Below are positions 35,823 through 43,821 of a stretch of 43,821 nt of DNA, in pieces; the stretch's first letter is position 1; each line of letters begins with the position of its first letter. Source of the stretch: Neolecta irregularis DAH-3 (Eukaryota); the NCBI GenBank assembly GCA_001929475.1, contig LXFE01001036.1, positions 1-43,821 of the forward strand. The letters are read 5' to 3'. Below the pieces are notes generated by a model. The model was given only the letters and a program-made list of their open reading frames with translations, did no database searches and was not told where the DNA came from. A program made the translations under genes and the position numbers.

Positions 35823-38800
35823 TTAGCCAGCCAATACTGCTTGAACTTGTGGCTGTATGAGTGGTAAGATTCGACGTTGAATGCCACCGGCTGCTGGAAG
35901 CAGTGACCAGCGCATAAGATATTCGTCAACTTCTCGAGCACATTGCCGTCCTTCCTGAATCCCCCAAACGACAAGCGATTGGCCTCGCCGACAATCACCT
36001 GCAGCGAAGACTCCCGGTGCGTTTGTTGCATAGGAACCTTTGGGAGTCTGTATATTTGTGCGAGGGTCCACCTTGAGGCCCAGGCCAGCGATAGCCTTTT
36101 CTTCGGGGCTATTCGATTATTGAATATTCAGTATGAATGAGATATACCCCAAAAATCCCATTGAAAGTAACACCAAGTCTGCAGGAAAAAACTCCTCGGA
36201 GCCAGCCATTTGTTTCATATTCCACTGCCCCTTATCGTTCTTTGTCCATTCAACTCGATAAGTCTGAATAATTAGTAAGATAATCATAGCTTAGGCGTGC
36301 ATTAATTCCCTTGACATTGCCATTGCCATCGGAGACAAACTCTCGACTCATAATACAGTATTCTCGAGGATCTTTTCCATAATGAGCGGTACATTCAGCA
36401 TGACCGTAATCAACTCGGAAGATTCGAGGCCACTGAGGCCATGGGTTATCCTTGGCTCGAGTTGCCGGTGGTTGCGGCAGCAATTCGAAATTGACCACAG
36501 ATGCAGCACCATGACGAATAGCGGTTCCGATGCAATCATTACCTTTTCATCAGCGTATATTCTGGATCCCAAACATACCAGTATCTCCTCCGCCGATAAC
36601 TATAACATTCTTGCCTTTCGAGTTGATATACTTGCCGTCTTCCAAGTTCGAGTCAAGCAAGCTTTTAGTGTTTTGATGAAGGAACTGCATAGCAAAATGG
36701 ATTCCATTCAAATTCCGATTGGAAATGTTGAGATCACGGGGGACTGTAGCGCCTGTAGCAACGATAACCGCGTCGGATTCTGATTGGATTTGAGCAGAAT
36801 CTATGTCTTTTCCTACTTGTATGTTGCATTGGAAATCGATTCCCTCATCTCTCATCAATTGAATGCGTCTTTGTACTATAGATTTCTTAAAACGTGAGCA
36901 AGGCCGAGTTCAAAAGGCAAACCTCGAGTTTCATTTGCGGAATGCCGTACTGAAGAAGCCCACCGGCTCTATCAGCTCTTTCATAAACGACAACATGATG
37001 ACCGGCCTTGTTGAGCTGGTCTGCAGCAGCTAAACCTGAAGGTCCAGAACCGATGATGGCCACCCGTTTTCCTGTTCGCGTTTTAGGTGGTCTGGGAATT
37101 ATCCAACCCATCTCGAATCCACGATCAATGATGGCGCATTCAACACTTTTGATTCCAACAGGCTGTTCATTGATGCCAAGCACACAAGCTCCTTCGCAAG
37201 GAGCAGGGCATATTCGACCCGTAAATTCGGGAAAATTGTTTGTCATGAGCAGACGATTGAGGGCATCTTGCCATTGTTCTTTGAATACAAGTTCGTTCCA
37301 TTTGGGGATAATGTTGGAGATGGGACAACCAGTTTCGCTTTGGCAGAATGGAACCCCGCAATCCATACATCGAGCAGTCTGAACGCGGAGTTCAGCAGTG
37401 GTCAGACGGGTGGAGATTTCATTCCAGTTCTTGATCCTCTTCTTGGGATTCCGGTATTTCTCGGTTTGTCGTGAATACTTCATGAAGCCACGAGTTTTGT
37501 CGAGGACATTGGATTTCCGTTCTTCAGATTTTTGATCGATGATACTATCCTCAACGTCAAGGAGTGTAGGCTCCGACCTCACAACTTTCTCTTCAACTTC
37601 TTTGAGGGTTTGAAGCTGAAAAGGATTCTCGGACTCTTCGCGTATTCCGTTTCCTGCTACTAGCGGAAGTTTAAATTTGTTAGCTCGACGTTGTGCTTCA
37701 TTGGCTGCTTCCTCCTGAAGAACACGTTTATAATCGGTAGGTAGGACTTTAACAAAACGTGGGAGGACATTATTGAAATTAGACAAGATGCGATCGGCTA
37801 GTGTCGATCCGGTAAAGTGACGGTGGTCCTCGATCATGCCTCGCAAAAAAGCGATCTCTCTGGGATCAGTGAGAGCCGAAAGCTCCACCATTTCCATGTT
37901 GACCTTGGATGGGAAATTGCGAGCCATGTCCAAAACATATGCAATACCGCCAGACATTCCTGCAGCAAAGTTGCGGCCAGTATTTCCCAAAATGACACAC
38001 CTGCCGCCTGTCATATATTCGCAACAGTGGTCACCAACACCCTCAACAACCGCAGATGCTCCAGAGTTCCGTACGCAGAACCTTTCGGCCGCCACTCCTC
38101 TAAAAAAGCACTGTCCAGATGTAGCACCATATAAACAAACATTTCCAATTAATATATTTTCTTCGGACTTGAAAACAGCCTTTTTGGGAGGGTAAATGAT
38201 TAAACGGCCGCCTGAAAGACCTTTGCCAACGTAGTCATTTGAGTCACCTTCGAGTTCAAGGGTAACGCCGGAAGCAAGAAAGGCACCAAACGACTGACCA
38301 GCGGAACCAGTAAGATTGACATGAATTGTATCTGCAGCAAGACCAGCTTCGCCGAATTTCCTACTGATTCGGTTGGAAAGAGTGGTTCCAACGGCACGAT
38401 CTGTGTTGAGGACATTACACTCAACATGGGATGGAAGACCCTTCTCGAGAGAAAGTTCTGCTTCATCAATTAACTTGTTGTCTAAGCGAGTATGAAGTCG
38501 ATGGTCTTGTTTCCGAACACAATAAGTACTTACTCCAGGTCGAAGTTGATGTGCGGGAATGAGAATGGGGGAAATATCCAAATTGGCTGTTTTTGGTGTA
38601 CGAAGATCCTCTCGGACATGAAGAACCTCACAACGTCCAACCATTTCATTAATTGTTCGAAACCCGAGCTTGGCCATGATCGCTCGCAATTCTTCGGCTA
38701 TGAAATAGAAGAAATTGATAATATGCTCTGGTTGACCAGTGAACTTTTTTCGTAGCTCAGGGTCTTGAGTGGCAATTCCAACCGGGCAAGTATTCTGAAA

Positions 38801-41800
38801 AGTTAGCATTAGAGCAATGTTTGCAAGTATACGAGATGGCATTTTCTCATCATGATACATCCGGTAGCGATTAGAGGAGTTGTAGCAAAACCCCATTCCT
38901 CGGCACCGAGTAAACAAGCGATGGCAACATCCCTTCCAGTTCGAATCTGGCCATCAGCCTGGACGACAACCCGATTTCGTAAGTCGTTGAGGACGAGTGT
39001 TTGATGAGTTTCTGCAAGACCGAGCTCCCACGGTAAACCAGCATGTTTGATACCAGTCCATCGAGCAGCTCCAGTGCCACCGTCATGACCCGAAATCAGA
39101 ATATGATCGGCCTTTGCTTTTGCGACTCCAGATGCAACGATACCGACCCCGACTTCGGATACCAATTTAACAGATATACGAGCTCGAGGATTAGAACATT
39201 TGAGGTCGTATATTAATTGTTTAAGATCTTCGATGGAATAGATATCGTGATGCGGTGGAGGGGAGATGAGACCGACCCCAGCAGTAGAATAGCGGGTTCG
39301 GGCAATTGATTGCGAGACTTTATGGCCAGGAAGCTCACCTCCTTCACCTGGCTTCGCTCCTTGAGCCATTTTGATTTGAAGCTCATCCGAATCAGATAAA
39401 TAGTAAGACGTAACTCCAAATCGACCAGAAGCAACTTGTTTAATAGCAGAGCGCATAGTGTCACCATTCTCCAGGATTTGGCTTCGTTCCGGATCTTCTC
39501 CACCTTCACCCGTGTTTGATTTTCCTCCGAGTCGATTCATAGCGATGGCAAGAGTCGAATGAGCTTCCAATGAAATAGACCCATACGACATTGCTCCAGT
39601 GCAGAATCTTCGAACAATCTCAGTCCATGGTTCAACTTGTTCAATAGGGATGGGTGTGCATTTATCAAAAGCGAAATCAAGCATCCCTCGCAAGGTACAA
39701 GCTTTAATCGATTCGTATTCAGACTGAGAATATGCAGCATAACTGGATGAATTTCTGCTTCGAGCAGCGTCCTGAAGATTCGCAACACTAACTGGATCAT
39801 TGATGTGAGCGTCACCACCATCTCGCCAATGATATTCCCCGCAGTCAGGAAGACCGGGAGGAATGATGGTTTCGCGGGAAGGAAACCCTTTTTCGTGAAA
39901 GGCAAAAGCGTCTTGAGCGATAATATCGAAAGTGATGCCTTTGATACGACTTGCTGTGCCAGCAAAACATTTATCGATGACAGTATCGTCAATGCCAAGG
40001 GCTTCGAATATCTGAGCTCCTTTATAACTTTGAAGCGTTGAGATCCCCATCTTGCTCATGACTTTTAAAATACCATTGTCGCAAGCGCGTATGTAATTTT
40101 CGATAGCCTGATCTGGCGAAACACCCTCCTTGAGCGAATTCTCGCGATGAAGCTTGTAAATTGACTCCAATGCGAGGTATGGACATATTGCATCAGCACC
40201 ATACCCAAGAAGAACACAAAGATGATGAACTTCTCGAGCCTCTCCAGATTCTACAACCAACGCAACTTTAGACCTTATTTTATTTCGTACCAAGAAATGA
40301 TGAACAGCACCAGTTGCCAGCAGTGATGATAAAGGGACACGATCATGGTCAATATTTCGATCTGAGAGAATGACAACTTTATAGCCATCGGATATAGACT
40401 GAGCAACAGCTTCACAAACATGATCGAGCGCAGCAATGTATCCTTGACTTCCTTCATGTTTAAAAAATGTGATATCAATAGTTTGAACAGGCCAATCGTG
40501 GTGCACATCTTGCATGTATCTCAATCCGTCAAAGTCACGGAGCGAGAGGATCGGTGAAGGTATTCGTAAACGATGACATTGCGAAGCATTCATTTCCAAG
40601 ACGTTGCCCTGTGGTCCAACATAACATTCGAGAGACATGACAATGCTTTCTCTGATTGGATCAATCGGAGGGTTCGTAACTTGAGCAAACAACTGTCGAA
40701 AGTAGTCGTACAAAGCACGCGGTTGTGGTGCCAAACATGCAAGTGGCCCGTCGTTACCCATAGATCCAAGAGCCTCTTTAGAATCCGAAGCCTAAGATAT
40801 TAGTGGAAATGGAATAACTGAACCCACCATTGGACCAAGCAATAGGAACAACTGCTCCAGACTGTATCCGAAGGCCTGCATGCGGAGATCTTCCTGTAAT
40901 GAAGCAGAGTCGAGTTTCAATTCGTAACCTTTGCCATTTGCCCCAAGTCTTTCGACAATATTTGGGAGATTGCATAATTGACTTTCGATCCAATATCTGA
41001 AATCCATTCGAGTAGAAACACGAGTCTTTAGCTCTTTATCATCAACGATGCGTCCTTCCACTGTGTCGACTAGCAACATTTTTCCAGGCTGAAGACGACC
41101 TTTCTGGATAATCTTTTCTGGATCAATCGAGATAGTGCCGACTTCAGATGCACATATTATAAGGTCTTCTGAAGTAACATAAAATCGGCATGGACGTAAA
41201 CCATTTCGATCGAGATTAGCTCCACAATATCGACCATCAGCAAATGTGAAGAGAGCTGGCCCATCCCAGGGCTCCATCAAACAAGCGGCCCATTCATAAA
41301 AGGCAGCCTTTTGTGGATCCATATCTGGTGTGCCTTGCCATGCTTCAGGAACCATGACCATAACAGCCTCAGGGAGGGAAAGAACCCCATTGATGACCAT
41401 TAGCTCAAGAACATTATCAAAAGCGGCAGAATCAGAGCCACCTTCTTCAATGATCGGATATAAGAGGTCCAACTCGTCTCCAAATAGAGATGATTGCATA
41501 AGGCCTTCTCGAGATCGCATCCAATTGATATTACCGCGAAGGGTGTTTATTTCACCTTACGAATCAATACGATTTAGGCAACAAGCATTACCATTGTGAG
41601 CTGCCCACCGTAAAGGTTGAGCACGATCCCAACTTGGAAAAGTATTAGTAGAAAATCGCGAATGTACAAGACAAAAATGAGCTTCAAAATCGACGTTATT
41701 TAGATCATGATAATAATTGTACACTTGTACGGGTGCGAGTTGGCCTTTGTAGACGATATTTTTGTTGCTTAACGAGCATATATAAAACCAATTGTGAAGA

Positions 41801-42505
41801 CCAATGGAATGGGTAGTTTGCTTTCGCAAGACGTACAATTGACGTTCGAAGTATTTTTCATCAAAGTCCTCGGCATCAGTACAGAGCGGCGAGTCACCAG
41901 TTCCGTAGGCAGTTTCGAGAACAACGAAAGGCTGAAGAACTAGTGGCTCTCGAGACAAAGCCGCAGGGCCGAGTATACTACTATCTCGAGGGACTTTGCG
42001 CCAACCCAGTACGCGGAGATTGAGAGCTTCAGCAATCTGCTCAAAGGTAGCTCGACTTTCAGTCATTACTTCGGGATCAGGTTTGAAAAACAAGTTCCCT
42101 ACAGCATATTGACCTGGCGGTGGAAGAATAATATGACTTTCTTGCTCAAACTCTTTTTTTAAGAATTTATGAGGTATGGATGTCATAACACCAGCACCAT
42201 CACCATCGCGAGCATCCGCACCTACAGCACCTCTATGTGTCATATTGCATAGAAGATTTCGAGCTGCAAAGATTAGATTTCCACGCTTTTCGTGATTGCG
42301 GGCATACCATCACTCACTATTTTATGACTCACTTTGCCCTTGATCTGGCTAGAGGTTGTTAGTATATGCAGACGGACAAGGGATCGCACCAGACAAAGCC
42401 TACACCACATGCATCCTTTTCGTATTCTGGATTGTAAAGACCTTGCTTTTTCGGAAGAGCGCCAGCCCAGGAGTTATTGGAAGGGTCAGAGGGTAATCCA
42501 GGCAT
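35823..42505 (-). CDS. GLT1: NADH-dependent glutamate synthase (GOGAT), 9 introns
   Basis: [67 protein letters not shown], and fused beta-subunit motifs [38 protein letters not shown]. Confidence 0.98.
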
Positions 42506-42589
42506 AGGAATGACTGAGAGAAAACAAGACAGAAAGCGGGAAAAGAAGTGGAACACTGTTTTTATAGTTCTCTATGCGTGAGGGTTTGA

Positions 42590-42824
42590 TTATCACGCGC
42601 CACTCCGATATGCTCCGAGTTGATGGCTTTTGATAAGACCTCCCTGTGCCTAAATAGAAATTCGGGAGTGTATCAAGATTTTATATAATGTCAATACTAT
42701 CTAGTTGCCTAACAAGGCAAGATAACAGCGCAACAGATCCCATCCAAATGCGGCTATCTGTCTATCTGGTGTTCTGATAGACTAAATATCGACTGAAAAG
42801 GGGCAAAGGCAAGCAGACAGATAA
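42590..42824. promoter_or_regulatory. Cluster of GATA elements upstream of GLT1
   Basis: GATAA/TTATC at 42590, 42632, 42721 and 42820; GATAG/CTATC at 42697, 42754, 42762 and 42776. Confidence 0.55.
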
Positions 42825-43129
42825 AGAAAAGTTTTTCTGCCGAGTTCTGATCAAGACTTGACAATCGTTTTGATGCAGCACAAATCAGGGCATGGTTGTG
42901 ATGTAATAAGCTATGACAATTACATCAGTCTCATGACCGTTCTGGCCATGAGTTGTTCGTAGCTAGAATCTAGTGTACTGTGGATCACTTATAGTGCGGC
43001 TCATTACAGAATAAAGGGGTTGGTGATGAGCAAGGTTGTGATATTATTACAAGGGCGTGCAGGCAAGTATATTGTGATATGAAGCAATATCATCATTTCA
43101 CAATTGCACAGGCAAGATAAGTTTGAATA

Positions 43130-43821
43130 TCAAGTACATCCATCTTCACAAGGATGGATAATGATCTAATGATTAGATATGTAAACAGTGAACAAACCTT
43201 TGTTGCGCTTACACCTTTCTTCTGCATGGCGAGTGCATCGGGCACTCCTCTCAACCCCCCTTTAGCTACTTTAACAGGCGGAGCAGTAACAATAGTTTCC
43301 TGGATCAAAGCTTCTTTCAAAAAGTCATTGAATAGCCATTTCCCAAGCGCTACACTTGTCTAAAAGTGTTAATGAGACATGACTAAACTCACCTTGTGAA
43401 CTGAACCTCCGAAACACTGGTAAACTTTCACGTTATCGGGGACTGTTGCGTTTACAGGAAGAACAGCCACCATTTTTCCTCCATGAGGCTGTAGAACTTG
43501 CATGCATTTTTCGATACTGCCGTTCTCTGAAATAGCGTCATAAATAACTTGAATTTTCCCCTCTTTTTTTATTTGCTCGACGACATCTGAATCGTGATAA
43601 TCAAAATTTTTGGATGCTCCAAGACTAGTAAGATAATCGTGGTTATGCTTTGATGCGGTAGTAATTACATGGTATCCCGCCTGCAAGATTAGACAAGATA
43701 ATTGGGAAAACATGCATGGTTTGCAAGTTGTATGGCCATTACACCGACGCTGCTCGCGCCACCCCAGACAAGGAGGGTTTGCTTTCTTTCCTTGGGCATA
43801 GCGGGCTTGGACGAGGGTCGT
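43130..43821 (-). CDS. MDR-family (zinc-type ADH-like/enoyl reductase-like) oxidoreductase, 3' part (5' end outside window), at least 3 introns
   Basis: LLVWGGASSVGVMAIQLA, AGYHVITTAS, LGASKNFDY, YDAIS, GVSATK/IIIHP. Introns include GC-AG 43681-43715 and 43166-43197. Confidence 0.88.

Noticed and set aside
1649-43821. Frame breaks in conserved genes as pseudogenisation, frameshifting or an altered genetic code
   Set aside because: Every break examined resolves with a short spliceosomal intron under the standard code.

Overview
Gene-dense, intron-rich fungal nuclear DNA. The compact layout, roughly 100 very short (mostly 31-45 nt) introns and a complex I subunit suggest an early-diverging ascomycete (Taphrinomycotina, Neolecta-like); this assignment is inference only. 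Manual splicing gives about 26 protein genes: SDH2, CWC27, ATG12, cytosolic HSP70 (with a perfect HSE), POS5-type NAD(H) kinase, RBG1, CTF4/mcl1, NUP57, IWS1, a FAA2-like acyl-CoA synthetase, MAK10, QCR2, RPC82, a divergent DYRK-like kinase, PMP47, a WD40 protein, GLT1, an MDR reductase and several orphans. Four small multi-exon genes are missing or fragmentary in the ORF track: NDUFA8, TOM5, ATP15 and PEX39. I saw no RNA genes, transposons or CRISPR arrays. The most notable signals are: (1) a very relaxed splice-site code, with at least 6 GC donors (several with almost no U1 match), a probable GG donor and GAG acceptors; (2) a GC-rich island near 20.1-21.9 kb whose G/C strand skew flips at its centre regardless of gene direction, with apparent flanks of similar islands at both window ends; (3) a head-to-head peroxisomal PMP47/PEX39 pair. 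All exon structures are inferred from sequence and protein-family memory, not from transcripts.
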